This document shows, one piece after another, positions 52,949-63,527 of a DNA stretch of 64,000 nucleotides. The stretch covers positions 5,541-69,540 of the forward strand of contig JBFGKW010000002.1 in assembly GCA_041576495.1 (NCBI GenBank), in the 5' to 3' direction. Below the pieces are notes generated by a model. It saw nothing but the letters and a program-made list of their open reading frames with translations, searched no databases and was not told where the DNA came from. Origin of the DNA: Aridibacter sp. (lineage in GTDB: Bacteria > Acidobacteriota > Blastocatellia > Pyrinomonadales > Pyrinomonadaceae). Both the position numbers and the translations under genes were made by a program. Position 1 is the first letter of the stretch, and every line of letters starts with the position of its first letter.

Positions 52949-54286
52949 ATGGCGAATTCATCTGACAAAATGCTCGTAATCGGAGCCGGACCTTGCGGGT
53001 TGGGTGTTGCCAAAGCGCTTGATGAGGCCGCCATTGAATACGAACAGGTCGAAGCGGATGACGAAGTTGGGGGAAATTGGTATCACGGCGTGTATGAATC
53101 CGCACACATCATCTCCAGCAAGAAAACCACCGAGTACGCAGATTTTGCGATGCCGGAGGATTATCCTGACTTCCCGAGTCAAAAGCAAATGGGCGACTAT
53201 TACAGGCTCTATGCGGATACGTTTAATCTGAGGCGTAGAATCAGATTTAACACGAAGGTCGTGATGTGCCGGCCGCTCCAAAACCATTCCTGGGAAGTTG
53301 AATTTGCGGATGGCGGGAAACGAACTTACAAAGGGGTCATGGTATGCAACGGACATCATTGGGATCGACGGTATCCGGCCTACGAGGGTCAGTTCAGCGG
53401 CCGATTGATTCACTCAAAAGACTACAAACATAGTAAAGAATTTAGCGGAAAAAGGGTTTTAGTGATTGGCGGCGGGAATTCAGCTTGCGATCTTGTTTCA
53501 GAGGCCGCGAGAGTGGCGAGTTCGGCGCATTTGAGTCTTCGGCGGGGGTATTGGTTTTTGCCGAAAACGTTATTCGGCCGGCCAAGCGCCGAGTCACCGG
53601 CGATTTATCTGCCCTTGTTTCTGCAGCGTTTGATCTTAAGGGCGATTCTTAGAATTGTAGTCGGAAAATATGAAAATTACGGGCTGCCAAAACCCGATCA
53701 TAAGCTATTTGAACATCACCCCACCGTGAGCAGTGAAGTTCTGCATTATTTGAAACACGGGCGCATCAAACCGCATCCGGACGTTGCAAAATTCGATGAC
53801 AAGACGGTTCATTTTGTTGACGGGTCAAGGATTGAAGTTGATTTAATCGTCTGTGCGACCGGCTTCTTTGTCAGCTTTCCATTTTTGCCCGACGGATTGG
53901 TCCCCGTAAAAAACGGAAATCTCGCGCTTCTTTATGGCGGCTCGGTACTGCCTGATTATAAAAACCTATATATTTTTGGTACTCAACAAGTACGTTACGG
54001 AGTCGGCCCGTTGATCACACCGGCCGCCAAATTGATAGCAAAAATGATCAAATTGCAGGATCGGATGGAACTGCCGATCGGTCGCGTCCTCAAGGAATCA
54101 GGCGCAAAACTCCCGAAAAGTCATTTAATTGATCCGATCGCAGCTCTTCGAAGTATGAGAATCGCGGATTTTATGCTTCCGCGCCTTGTAAAGAAAGAAG
54201 CGAAGCTCCGGAAAAGCCTGAAAGATGACTTTAATGTTAAACGAGAGTTTGCGATAGGTTCCGATCCGGATATGCCGGTTTATTGA
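52949..54286 (+). CDS. Flavin-containing monooxygenase (class B FMO-like)
   Basis: 445-aa ORF with FAD motif VIGAGPCGLG, FMO-identifying FSGRLIHSKDY (FxGxxxHxxxY) and NADPH motif VIGGGNSACD. Confidence 0.85.
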   Translation: MANSSDKMLVIGAGPCGLGVAKALDEAAIEYEQVEADDEVGGNWYHGVYESAHIISSKKTTEYADFAMPEDYPDFPSQKQMGDYYRLYADTFNLRRRIRFNTKVVMCRPLQNHSWEVEFADGGKRTYKGVMVCNGHHWDRRYPAYEGQFSGRLIHSKDYKHSKEFSGKRVLVIGGGNSACDLVSEAARVASSAHLSLRRGYWFLPKTLFGRPSAESPAIYLPLFLQRLILRAILRIVVGKYENYGLPKPDHKLFEHHPTVSSEVLHYLKHGRIKPHPDVAKFDDKTVHFVDGSRIEVDLIVCATGFFVSFPFLPDGLVPVKNGNLALLYGGSVLPDYKNLYIFGTQQVRYGVGPLITPAAKLIAKMIKLQDRMELPIGRVLKESGAKLPKSHLIDPIAALRSMRIADFMLPRLVKKEAKLRKSLKDDFNVKREFAIGSDPDMPVY

Positions 54287-54515
54287 AGATCTTGATTAAT
54301 TTGCACGTTTGATTCACGATTTCGTATAAACTTTACGGAAAACGTTATCGAGGGTTTAGGAATCAGAAGAGTTGATGCCGTAATGACGGCAGTTGCACTG
54401 AAAATTAATTGAATCGTATTTTGTGGCATCGTTATTGCGTTTAATTTAAGCGGCACGTGCTAATTACTTTCCCTGATGTGCCCAATATAAACCAAGGAAA
54501 GTGAGAACGTAACAA

Positions 54516-54716
54516 ATGAAAAATGTTTTAAGATATCTATTTTTTTTGGCAATCCTCGTTATTGGATTTTCGATAACCGGATCGGCACAGGATAAACCTC
54601 CTCCAAAACCCAAGCCTCCGGTAATCGAACCAAAGCCAAAACCACCGCCAAAACCGACGCCAAAACCCGACCGGATGTGGGTTACAGCAGAAAATCTTCG
54701 GGCGATTATTGAGTAA
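54516..54716 (+). CDS. Small secreted Lys-Pro-repeat protein (hypothetical)
   Basis: 66-aa ORF. Signal peptide MKNVLRYLFFLAILVIGFSITGSAQ is followed by DKPPPKPKPPVIEPKPKPPPKPTPKPD. A clean terminator follows. Coding status is uncertain because of low complexity. Confidence 0.4.
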   Translation: MKNVLRYLFFLAILVIGFSITGSAQDKPPPKPKPPVIEPKPKPPPKPTPKPDRMWVTAENLRAIIE

Positions 54717-54756
54717 CGTCTTGTTATTTTTATTACTCAATGTTGCTTCTTCAAAG

Positions 54757-54790
54757 AAAAAAAGGCGATTCCGTAAGGAATCGCCTTTTT
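54757..54790. terminator. Bidirectional rho-independent terminator
   Basis: A7 (54757..54763), a perfect 9-bp stem GGCGATTCC (54764..54772) / GGAATCGCC (54777..54785) with loop GTAA, then T5 (54786..54790). It lies between the convergent genes 54516..54716 (+) and the TonB-family gene (-). Confidence 0.8.
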
Positions 54791-54810
54791 GCTATTGATT
54801 TCTGATGAAT

Positions 54811-55650
54811 CTACGGACGGAAATTGTAAATGATCTTCCCGCGCACCTTGACCGGGATCCCGCTGAGTCTGGTCGCGGTGAATTTTGACGATCGGGCCGC
54901 ATCAACCGCCGGCCGTCGCAGAAGAATATGACCGTCAACCGCCTGCGCGGCGATGACATTGCCCGCCTCATCGATTAATACCTGAACCGTAACTCTGCCG
55001 GAAATCTTCATTGCCTTGGCAGCCGCGGGATAGCCGGGCATTACGAGTTCTTTTGCCAAACCATTTACTACGCCTCCCGATTTTACCGGCGGGACCGCAG
55101 GTTGCTTGATCGGGGGAGGCTCCGCTACTAAAACCGTTCCGGCATCCGATTTTAAAATCGGGCTTGCATTCTGCACGGGCCGGCCAATTCCGGTTTCGCC
55201 GCAATCAACATTACAACCCCGACCAAGACTTGCATCCGTTGGAGAGTTTTCTCCCTCCCGATCGGTTGATCCCAGTCGAAAAGGAACGTCCGGGCGGGAT
55301 TCGGCAAGCTCCGGTTTGGTGGATGTAAAATCGGGAACCTGTCGTGGTGACTCCTCGATTCTCAAAATGTTTTGCTTTCTGACAAAGTGTTGTGGGGCCT
55401 TGTATTGTTTTGGGCGGCTTTTGACGCTTTCCGGCAAGGATGGTCTTTCCTCCGGTAAGGCCGGCGGCGCTATCAGCAACGAAAGTCTAAGATCATCCTG
55501 ATAACTCATCATTAAGTGCTGACTGAAAAGACTGTCGACCATTGAAACGATTAGGATCAGGCTTACGAGTAGGGTGGTGGTGGCAAACAATCCTCGGACT
55601 CTTAGGCTCCGGCGGCCGTTGTGATTTGACAATAATACGTTTTCGAGCAT
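54811..55650 (-). CDS. TonB-family energy transducer
   Basis: The track ORF extends to 55731. The ATG at 55650 has GAGGAG 7 nt upstream. It has an N-terminal TM segment (LFATTTLLVSLILIV), a Pro-rich spacer and a C-terminal TonB domain (YPAAAKAMKISGRVTVQVLIDEAGNV...ATRLSGIPVKV). Confidence 0.8.
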   Translation of the reverse strand: MLENVLLSNHNGRRSLRVRGLFATTTLLVSLILIVSMVDSLFSQHLMMSYQDDLRLSLLIAPPALPEERPSLPESVKSRPKQYKAPQHFVRKQNILRIEESPRQVPDFTSTKPELAESRPDVPFRLGSTDREGENSPTDASLGRGCNVDCGETGIGRPVQNASPILKSDAGTVLVAEPPPIKQPAVPPVKSGGVVNGLAKELVMPGYPAAAKAMKISGRVTVQVLIDEAGNVIAAQAVDGHILLRRPAVDAARSSKFTATRLSGIPVKVRGKIIYNFRP

Positions 55651-55881
55651 ATTTTTCTCCTCAAGTACCGGTGCCAGACTAAAGGAATCCGTCCGGAAAA
55701 ACCGGAGGCGTTTCCATAAGATATTTGACACCCATTCGACAAAAATGTTCCCGTAATTCCCGCCTAATCAGCAAAATACGTAGATTTTAACGTTATGGTC
55801 GATAAACTTGCTATGAAAGTTTGACCATTGGCGGTGATATTGAGTAAATATACTAGCGAAAAATAATCTTACTTTTTCAAT

Positions 55882-57660
55882 ATGACGAACGAAACAAATC
55901 AATCCGCCGGTTCCTTTCGACTATTCATGAAAATCTATCGGGGATGGAGAAATTTTCGCGATTTGTTTGCTTCGTGCCTCGACATCGACTATGCCCGGAA
56001 AGTCGAGATTTACACCCAGCTTTCCACTTCCGCGACGCTGAAAGACGTCGTTTACTGGCTGCAGATACTTTTTTCTGCCGGGATCGCAACACTCGGACTA
56101 GTGTTAAATAGTTCAGCAGTAATCATCGGCGCGATGTTAATTTCGCCGTTGATGGCGCCTATTCTTTCTCAAGGGCTTTCCCTGGCAACTGGTGACCTTG
56201 CACTCGGAGTCCGCGCACTCGTAAATTTGTTTTTGAGCACTCTGCTTGGAGTAGCCTTTGCTGTCGTTCTGGTCGCGCTTCTTCCGTTTAAAGACGTTAC
56301 TCCCGAAATTCTGGCGCGTACCGAACCCAACACGCTCGATCTGGTCATCGCTCTTTTTTCGGGTGCGATTGGATCAATTGCGACATGCCGAAAGGAAAAG
56401 GGTGTCGTAACCTCTATCCCGGGTGTCGCAATCGCGGTCGCTTTGATGCCTCCTCTTTGTGTAATTGGATTTGGGCTTGGTTATGCAATTAGTCTCGGCG
56501 ACTGGAAGGGGATCGAAATAGCCGAAGGCGGCGGTTTGCTGTATTTGACGAATCTCGTGGCGATCACTTTCACGGCCATGCTTGTATTCGTCCTGTTGCG
56601 GATCGATACGATAAAGGTCAGGGAAGCGGTTCGCGATTGGCGCGAGAAAGATTCTGAAAGCTCCTGGTGGCTGAATCAGATCAACAAGATTCCGACACTC
56701 GAAAAGGCAAGGGCGGTTCGAAGTTTCTCACTCCGGTTACTAATGATACTGCTTCCGCTGTTAATCATCTTTTTTCCGCTGAGCAGTTCGTTTTCAAAAT
56801 TGAGAGCTGAGATTACAAAGAAGCAGGCAGAAAACAGGACGCTGCAGATCGTACGGGACGTTTGGAAGCGTTATGAAATCGATTCTGAGGGGAATACGCG
56901 AAGTTACCTTGACGATCTGCAAATTAACGAGACCGACGATAAGCTTCAGATTTATCTCAGGGTTTTTGATAACGTACCCTATACGCCCGCTGAACGAGCG
57001 CAATTTATAAATCTGGTCGGATCAAAATTGGGGCGAAAGCCGGAATCGATATCGCTCCAGCTCATAGAAATTCCGACATCGGCCAGAGAGGACGTCAGCC
57101 CTATAGCAAAGACAACTCCGACGCCGGCGACGGTTGAACAAAGGCAGGCATTTTATCTGCAACAAATAAATGACGCCCTTTCGGGTTTCCGTCTACCGCC
57201 GCCGGCGATATTAATCGGTTACGACGTTACAACCCGATCGAGCGGGGCTACTATTTTGGAAATGTCTTATTTGAGCGAACGGAGAATCGATGATGACGGT
57301 GAAGTCGCGCTGCGCGAAATCGTCCGCAGCCGCCTGAATCTTCCGGATCTTGGATTGCGCCTAACCCGTGTTTCCCAGGATGTGAAATCGATACCATTTG
57401 AAGGGCCAGAGGGCCGACTGGATACCGAGAAACTTCAAGACCTGTCGTTGGCGGCTGAAGAATTGAGGCGACATCCGCAGCTGCAACTGCGCGTGGTTTT
57501 AATCGGGGACGAAAACGATAACGGAGCTTCTGAGAAGAAAAAGAATGCCATCTTAGAGTTTTTTGCCAAATCGCGCGAAATATCGGAAGATAGAATAATT
57601 TTTAGTGAGGAAACAGAAAGCGGCGGGTCAGACAGATTTCAAATCACCGTCGGGAAATAA
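55882..57660 (+). CDS. DUF389-family membrane protein with a long C-terminal extension
   Basis: 592-aa ORF. The N-terminal ~270 aa has multiple TM segments and AVIIGAMLISPLMAPI, typical of DUF389 (TIGR00341-type). About 300 aa of additional soluble sequence have unknown function. Confidence 0.65.
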   Translation: MTNETNQSAGSFRLFMKIYRGWRNFRDLFASCLDIDYARKVEIYTQLSTSATLKDVVYWLQILFSAGIATLGLVLNSSAVIIGAMLISPLMAPILSQGLSLATGDLALGVRALVNLFLSTLLGVAFAVVLVALLPFKDVTPEILARTEPNTLDLVIALFSGAIGSIATCRKEKGVVTSIPGVAIAVALMPPLCVIGFGLGYAISLGDWKGIEIAEGGGLLYLTNLVAITFTAMLVFVLLRIDTIKVREAVRDWREKDSESSWWLNQINKIPTLEKARAVRSFSLRLLMILLPLLIIFFPLSSSFSKLRAEITKKQAENRTLQIVRDVWKRYEIDSEGNTRSYLDDLQINETDDKLQIYLRVFDNVPYTPAERAQFINLVGSKLGRKPESISLQLIEIPTSAREDVSPIAKTTPTPATVEQRQAFYLQQINDALSGFRLPPPAILIGYDVTTRSSGATILEMSYLSERRIDDDGEVALREIVRSRLNLPDLGLRLTRVSQDVKSIPFEGPEGRLDTEKLQDLSLAAEELRRHPQLQLRVVLIGDENDNGASEKKKNAILEFFAKSREISEDRIIFSEETESGGSDRFQITVGK

Positions 57661-57731
57661 CCGGGTTCTCAATCCGAGAATGGATTGTTCGGTTGGGCAT
57701 CGCGAATTTCAAAACGAAAAGGGAATAAAAT

Positions 57732-59156
57732 ATGACTGTAGAACAGGAAGGAAAGAATTTTTTAGCCAGTGTCGATCGTTATTTCGAAACCGCGGCGGCC
57801 GCGACTGACCATCCGGAAGGGCTTCTGCATCAAATCAAGATTTGCAACAGTGTTTATTCATTTCAGTTTCCCATCAGACGGGGAGATGGTTACAAGGTTA
57901 TTAAGGGATGGCGTGCGGAACACAGTCATCACAAACTTCCCGTAAAAGGGGGTATTCGATACTCTCGGCACGCGAGCGAAGATGAAGTCATCGCACTGGC
58001 TACCTTGATGACCTATAAATGTGCGATCGTCGACGTACCGTTCGGCGGAGCCAAGGGAGCAATTCAAATAAGTCCGAAAGAGTTTTCAAAAGAAGATTTG
58101 GAACGAATTACCCGGCGGTACACGACCGAATTAATCCGTAAGAACTTTATTGGGCCGGCGATCGACGTGCCTGCGCCGGACTACGGAACCGGATCCCGGG
58201 AAATGGCCTGGATTGCCGATACTTATGTGGCCTTTCATTCCGAACAGATCGATGCTCTCGGGTGCGTAACCGGGAAATCGGTGGCCCAGGGTGGAATTCG
58301 GGGACGAACCGAAGCTACCGGGCTGGGTACGTTTTACGGGTTGCGTGAAGCCTGCACCCATGCCGAAGATATGAAGAAACTCGGTTTGGAGCCGGGTATC
58401 GAAGGTAAAACGTTCGTTGTCCAGGGGCTTGGAAATGTTGGCTATTACGCTGCCAAGTTCTGCATAGAAGACGGCGGCGCGAAACTGATTGGCGTAGCCG
58501 AATATGAGGGTTCAATCCATAAACCTGACGGGATAGACCTTGAAAAATTGATGGCCCATCGGAAAGAAACGGGCTCGATCATGGATTTTGAAGGAGCTAC
58601 GAACCTGCCGAACCGCGAGGACGCGCTCGAACTGGAATGCGACATACTAATTCCGGCGGCACTTGAGAACCAGATAACCAAGGTCAACGCGTCTCGGATT
58701 AAGGCCAAAATAATTGGTGAAGCGGCGAATGGTCCCGTGACGGCAAACGCGCAGGATATTCTCGAAGAAATGGGAATAATGATTATTCCCGATGTCTATT
58801 TGAATGCCGGCGGGGTTACCGTTTCATATTTTGAATGGCTTAAGAATCTATCCCACGTGCGGTTTGGAAGGATGGGCAAGCGTTTTGAACAGGGCGCTTA
58901 TGACCGTATTCTGAGCATCATCGAGAATCAGACGGGCCGGAGTCTGACCAAGGAAGAACGCCAGGCGGTTGCCCGCGGCGCTGATGAAGCCGATTTGGTG
59001 TATTCGGGTCTGGAAGAAACGATGATTACTTCATACAACCAGACTCGCGAGATAATGTTAACCAACGACCGGTGCCATAACCTCAGGACGGCTGCATTTG
59101 CCAACGCAATTGATAAGATCGCCCTTTGCTATATGGAACTTGGTATTTTCCCATAA
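57732..59156 (+). CDS. Glu/Leu/Phe/Val dehydrogenase family (glutamate dehydrogenase-like)
   Basis: 474-aa ORF with [15 protein letters not shown] (catalytic Lys region) and the dinucleotide fold [10 protein letters not shown]. Confidence 0.9.
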   Translation: MTVEQEGKNFLASVDRYFETAAAATDHPEGLLHQIKICNSVYSFQFPIRRGDGYKVIKGWRAEHSHHKLPVKGGIRYSRHASEDEVIALATLMTYKCAIVDVPFGGAKGAIQISPKEFSKEDLERITRRYTTELIRKNFIGPAIDVPAPDYGTGSREMAWIADTYVAFHSEQIDALGCVTGKSVAQGGIRGRTEATGLGTFYGLREACTHAEDMKKLGLEPGIEGKTFVVQGLGNVGYYAAKFCIEDGGAKLIGVAEYEGSIHKPDGIDLEKLMAHRKETGSIMDFEGATNLPNREDALELECDILIPAALENQITKVNASRIKAKIIGEAANGPVTANAQDILEEMGIMIIPDVYLNAGGVTVSYFEWLKNLSHVRFGRMGKRFEQGAYDRILSIIENQTGRSLTKEERQAVARGADEADLVYSGLEETMITSYNQTREIMLTNDRCHNLRTAAFANAIDKIALCYMELGIFP

Positions 59157-59181
59157 AAATAATTCGTTTCCATGTGGTGTG

Positions 59182-59210
59182 ATGGTGGCTTTCGGGCCGC
59201 CATTTTATTT
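59182..59210 (+). terminator. Candidate rho-independent terminator after the dehydrogenase gene
   Basis: 8-bp stem ATGGTGGC (59182..59189) / GCCGCCAT (59196..59203, one G-U pair) with a 6-nt loop, followed by TTTTATTT. Confidence 0.55.
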
Positions 59211-59315
59211 GGAACAGATAGAAGATGAGGCTGACGAGCCTTTGCGTTAAGGATTTCGTGAGGGACCGGGCGAATGCCGGGGTACCATTATTAGCTGAAC
59301 ACGGCAAGCCAAAAA

Positions 59316-59930
59316 CTACTTGAGAATCGGATGTCCTCCACCCTTGCTGTGGTCAGCGGTTTGGTTAAAAAGGCGACGGTTATTGTGATACAAAACCAAA
59401 TGCTCGCCCTCGTATCCAACTACTTCCGAAACACGTTCAAAATTCTTCTGATGTTCGGCAATTACAAATGCGCAGGGGTTGAACGCGACAACCATCCCTG
59501 CAGCATAAACGTAACCACCTTTGTCATATACACTTCCGGCATATTGTTTTGCCTGAATCGCGATATCCGGTGAGTAGTCGCCGCCGCCGTTTCTCGTTCG
59601 GTCTGCGCGGGCAATGTAAATTGAATAATCTGAATGATGAAGACGTTTTGAGAACTGGTATTTTCGGGATTTGGCAATTGCAAACATGCGGTCGAGCCCT
59701 CGATCGATGGCCGAGATCATATTATCCGAGGGTTTGGTCACCGAAAATATCTTTGTTCCTTTCGGACTTATTTTTGCATATCTAAATTTGTCGCCCGTAA
59801 CACGTTCGGCTTCTTCAGTGACAAATCTTTGCGCCGTCGATGTCTGCGACTGGATAACCGTGTGAAAAAAGAAAAATACCAATGCCGAACCAAGCAGCAC
59901 CAAGCAAATAACCCGTGTAAATATATTCAT
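59316..59930 (-). CDS. Hypothetical membrane-anchored or secreted protein
   Basis: 204-aa ORF with a hydrophobic N-terminus (VICLVLLGSALVFFFF). I recognise no family. Confidence 0.5.
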   Translation of the reverse strand: MNIFTRVICLVLLGSALVFFFFHTVIQSQTSTAQRFVTEEAERVTGDKFRYAKISPKGTKIFSVTKPSDNMISAIDRGLDRMFAIAKSRKYQFSKRLHHSDYSIYIARADRTRNGGGDYSPDIAIQAKQYAGSVYDKGGYVYAAGMVVAFNPCAFVIAEHQKNFERVSEVVGYEGEHLVLYHNNRRLFNQTADHSKGGGHPILK

Positions 59931-60150
59931 ATGCTTTCTCCCCTTGCGAGGGCATCCAGGTTTTTAACCACGCAAGGTTTGTGCCAGAGCTGGAATCGGT
60001 CGTAATTCCGTAATCAAAGGCGGGGTTATAACAATTTCCTACACGATTTGGGGACAACTAACGACAATCTGAGGTCTAAATTGGAATTCAGCGAGAAAAT
60101 GCTGGCCCGGCAATTAATACCAGAAATGTCCGCAAGATTGTCATAAAGCA

Positions 60151-60636
60151 TCAACTTTCGAGCCTTTCTCTGGCGTTATTGATAAATGTTCGGAGCGCTT
60201 CGGAAATCCGCTTTGTCATTTCAGTGCTAATGATTTTTTCGCCGGCAAATCCCGCGAGCAAATGAAAATCGGATGCGGAATTACGTCTCAATTCAATATT
60301 CTGCGAAAACTGAACAAGAGTTTTGTTGGCTCCTTTTGGTAAAAATTCCGCTGCATAGCGCATCAGGTTATTTTTTTCCGGTTCGACCGAAGACCATTCC
60401 ATACGGTCATCGGAATTTTCAGACTGGGCGACCGCAAACCTCTCGGTGAACGAACCGACCAGCGGGACCTCGGCACAAATTTTCCAATGGACGATTCCGT
60501 TTGCGTCAGTGTGAATGCTCTCAATACTCGGCATCAGTTCGATAAAGTTCCTGATGTCATTAAAGAAATCTTTGACCTTGGCCAGACTTGCCTGGACCTC
60601 AAATGTTTCGCTGAAATCAGCCCGGATTTTGAACAT
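60151..60636 (-). CDS. SRPBCC-superfamily (START/Bet v1-like) protein, tentative
   Basis: 161-aa ORF starting 2 nt after the M14 peptidase stop. Its size and beta-rich pattern with a C-terminal helix resemble polyketide-cyclase/CoxG-like proteins. Not verified. Confidence 0.45.
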   Translation of the reverse strand: MFKIRADFSETFEVQASLAKVKDFFNDIRNFIELMPSIESIHTDANGIVHWKICAEVPLVGSFTERFAVAQSENSDDRMEWSSVEPEKNNLMRYAAEFLPKGANKTLVQFSQNIELRRNSASDFHLLAGFAGEKIISTEMTKRISEALRTFINNARERLES

Positions 60637-60638
60637 AT

Positions 60639-63428
60639 TTAAAATGTGCCGTTAAATACAATTGCGTTAAAAAACTGACGCGTGTTGGCCCGAAAAATCC
60701 CCCGAAAGAACACGTCATCGGCAAACATAATGGCATGTCCGCTGCCACGGGGTTCATCAATCAAATATGCGGTACCCTTGAGGAGCGGTTCGGTATTTCC
60801 TTCCCAAACAAACCCGGAAATTGTAAGAGGCTTTTTCGGATTCTCATCAAAAACCAATGCGTTAGTACCGTCTTTTGAATACTTGAAGAAGTATCCTGAT
60901 GACAAAAGGACCGGCATTACTTCAGAATCGATACCATAATTTAGATACGTGGTACGGTCGACAGTTGCCCGCATAATTGCTCCCGGAATGCCTTCCGGAA
61001 CTTTTCCGCGATTCGCCGACGGCGAAACAATTGGCGGCAATGTTGGAATATCCTGCGCTTTATCGGGTTTTTCCCCGGGACTCGTCGATTCAACGTCCGG
61101 ATCCGCCTTTTGGTCCGTTTTCGAACCCTCTTTTTCGGTATCCGCAGCGCTTCCGACAAGAACCGAAGTCGTTAGCCCAACATCCTTTAATGTCGCGAAA
61201 ACAGATGAACCTTTCATCGTGATTATCGTTCCGCCGCCCGAAATCCAAGTCTTCAAAGTCTCGATCCCTTCTTTTCCCAGGGCGGAGGAAATGCGGCTGG
61301 GCGAGCCATCCGGTAGAATCAAAACATTGTAGTCCTTGAGTTCTCCGAAACGGATACTTGCAAGGCTCAACGGTGTAAATTTGACCTTATATTTATCGAG
61401 CGTCCACCAGATTGAGCCATAACTTGTTTGTCCGACGGCTTCATCAGCGACCATGGCGATCTTGGGTTTCCTCAGCGGATACACGTTTTCTCCGCCGACT
61501 CCGGTATCTCCCTCTTCGGTATAACTCGTGTTGATTCCCGAAACCCGAACTCCGAGTTCTTCGGATAGCCTGGAAACCGCCTCATGCACATTGTCCGGGT
61601 TTCGCGTATTGCGAACGACAAATGTTCCAGGCGCCCAGTTTCTACCGGCAGCATTTAGAGTTCTTGTCGCGACGCCGACACGAAAACCCTCCTTCATCAG
61701 ACGAAGCACCATTACCCCTGTCGAATCGGTCTCATAAGGAATTACATAGGCGATTTGGCCACGGTTATTGACGCCGCCGGCTGCGAGGCTGCTTAGGTAT
61801 TGACCGGTAACCGGAGATCCGCTGAAACGGGGGGCATCTTCGGTCCAGTATGCCTCGAGCCCGAACGCCAGCGGAGGACTCCAGGCCGTAATATCATAAA
61901 AACCATAGCCTTCCTTATTTGCTGATTTTCCCCGCCGCTGATTTCGCGCGAACCGCGCCATATTATCGGCCACAAAATTTTCGTCCTGCGGGGTTTCCTG
62001 CTCAAGCAAGGCTTTAATCCATGTCTTCTGGGGCTGGCCTAAATCAATAACGAAAGATCCCTCCGGGAAAGTTTTCGTCTCAGCCGGCGAATTCTTTTCC
62101 ATATAGCTGTGAGCAGATCTTGACTGAAATGATGATGTTGCGACTGCGACTTCGATTCTTGACCGAAGCAGGATGTCGATCAATTCGGCAGCCTTGACGC
62201 GGTCCTTGCCGGGCAGGATGATGATCCGCTTCATTTTTTCCCGCTTGGCTTCGTCCATCCCGTTTTGCCGAAATGCATAAAAGTCGTTAAGCCGGGCCTG
62301 ACGATTATTTGCAGCAGTCTGGAGAGTCGCCATCGAGGCGACAAAATGTTTTGCGATAGCGGAGTTGAGCGTTGCAATCGTTCCGTCCCGCCGTTTCCAG
62401 CGCAACCCCTTGAATCCGCCTCCGTCCGTCTCATATGTCATTCCAACCGCACCATTTAGAGCGGGCATCGAATCCCAGTATCCCGGATAAAAGAGATCAA
62501 AAATGTCGCGGACATAATAGGTCCATTTATTACTATCAAACGCCCGTGCGTTTCCCCGACCAAAGATATCGAGCCATTTGTTTGTTGACGGCTGGGGTAG
62601 ATTCGGGTTTACGGGCAGCGCTGCCGGCGGGAAAAAAAACTGTTCGGGCTGCCCGTGATGATCAACAGCGACCTGCGGGTTCCATTCAAAGAATGCCTTC
62701 TGCATATTTTGGGTCTCTTTTTGCGAGACAGAAATGTTGTCGCGGTTAAGATCAAATCGATAATGATTGTAACGACCCCAAATCGACCAGGGTTCGCGAT
62801 GTTCAAATGACGCCGGATTTGGATCCCCGACGGCGACCGAGTTATACCACGTTACGAATCTTTCGTGGCCGTCCGGGTTTTCGCCGGTTATTATTAGTAC
62901 GACCGTCTTGTCAAGGATATCAAGGGTCTCAGGCTCATTTGACGCGGCGAGTTGATAAATAACCTGCATCATTGTCTCAAACGAAGCCGATTCATTTCCG
63001 TGGATGGTATATGCCATCCACGCTATAATCGGATTACGTTGCGCGATCTGATTGGCTTCGGCCGGGCTTGTCACTCTCGGATCTGCAAGCCTTGCGTTGT
63101 CTGCCCTAATCGCATCGAGCCGCGCCATGTTTTGCGGTGACGAGATGGCTACAAGATGCTGCATCCGGTTTTCATTAGTCAGCCCTATGTCGAAGATTTT
63201 AACGCGGTCGGACGCTGATTTTTCGATGGCGTTGATCACCATTTCCATCTGGGCGTAAGTCGTATGCTGTTCGCCAATGTCAAATCGAAGAATCGACTGG
63301 GGGCGGGGAACTTCCGGGCGGTATTCACCCCGCGCGTAAAAATTGAATTTTGGCTCGTCCTGCGGGGAAGCCGAAAATGTTAGACTGCCAACAAGGATTA
63401 TTGCAAATAAGATATGCTTGATTTTCAT
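60639..63428 (-). CDS. M14-family zinc carboxypeptidase with large C-terminal extension, secreted
   Basis: 929-aa ORF with a signal peptide. It has the M14 zinc motif HGNESAS (HxxE), NRD in FDLNRDN, and a later VDHHG. The C-terminal ~450 aa includes a VLILPDGS...GGGTIITMKGS segment. Confidence 0.85.
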   Translation of the reverse strand: MKIKHILFAIILVGSLTFSASPQDEPKFNFYARGEYRPEVPRPQSILRFDIGEQHTTYAQMEMVINAIEKSASDRVKIFDIGLTNENRMQHLVAISSPQNMARLDAIRADNARLADPRVTSPAEANQIAQRNPIIAWMAYTIHGNESASFETMMQVIYQLAASNEPETLDILDKTVVLIITGENPDGHERFVTWYNSVAVGDPNPASFEHREPWSIWGRYNHYRFDLNRDNISVSQKETQNMQKAFFEWNPQVAVDHHGQPEQFFFPPAALPVNPNLPQPSTNKWLDIFGRGNARAFDSNKWTYYVRDIFDLFYPGYWDSMPALNGAVGMTYETDGGGFKGLRWKRRDGTIATLNSAIAKHFVASMATLQTAANNRQARLNDFYAFRQNGMDEAKREKMKRIIILPGKDRVKAAELIDILLRSRIEVAVATSSFQSRSAHSYMEKNSPAETKTFPEGSFVIDLGQPQKTWIKALLEQETPQDENFVADNMARFARNQRRGKSANKEGYGFYDITAWSPPLAFGLEAYWTEDAPRFSGSPVTGQYLSSLAAGGVNNRGQIAYVIPYETDSTGVMVLRLMKEGFRVGVATRTLNAAGRNWAPGTFVVRNTRNPDNVHEAVSRLSEELGVRVSGINTSYTEEGDTGVGGENVYPLRKPKIAMVADEAVGQTSYGSIWWTLDKYKVKFTPLSLASIRFGELKDYNVLILPDGSPSRISSALGKEGIETLKTWISGGGTIITMKGSSVFATLKDVGLTTSVLVGSAADTEKEGSKTDQKADPDVESTSPGEKPDKAQDIPTLPPIVSPSANRGKVPEGIPGAIMRATVDRTTYLNYGIDSEVMPVLLSSGYFFKYSKDGTNALVFDENPKKPLTISGFVWEGNTEPLLKGTAYLIDEPRGSGHAIMFADDVFFRGIFRANTRQFFNAIVFNGTF

Positions 63429-63527
63429 GGTAGTAACTGTATTGATTAGACTTAAAGAAGCGCGTTTTAATAGATATTAAACCGTAAACAATAAAACGCA
63501 AATTCATAAGGAGGGATAATCTATTTA

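Noticed and set aside
54376-54391. Perfect hairpin TGCCGT-AATG-ACGGCA downstream of the FMO gene.
   Set aside because: It has only 6 bp and no following T-run. It is 90 bp past the stop codon, which is not enough to call it a terminator or an RNA element.
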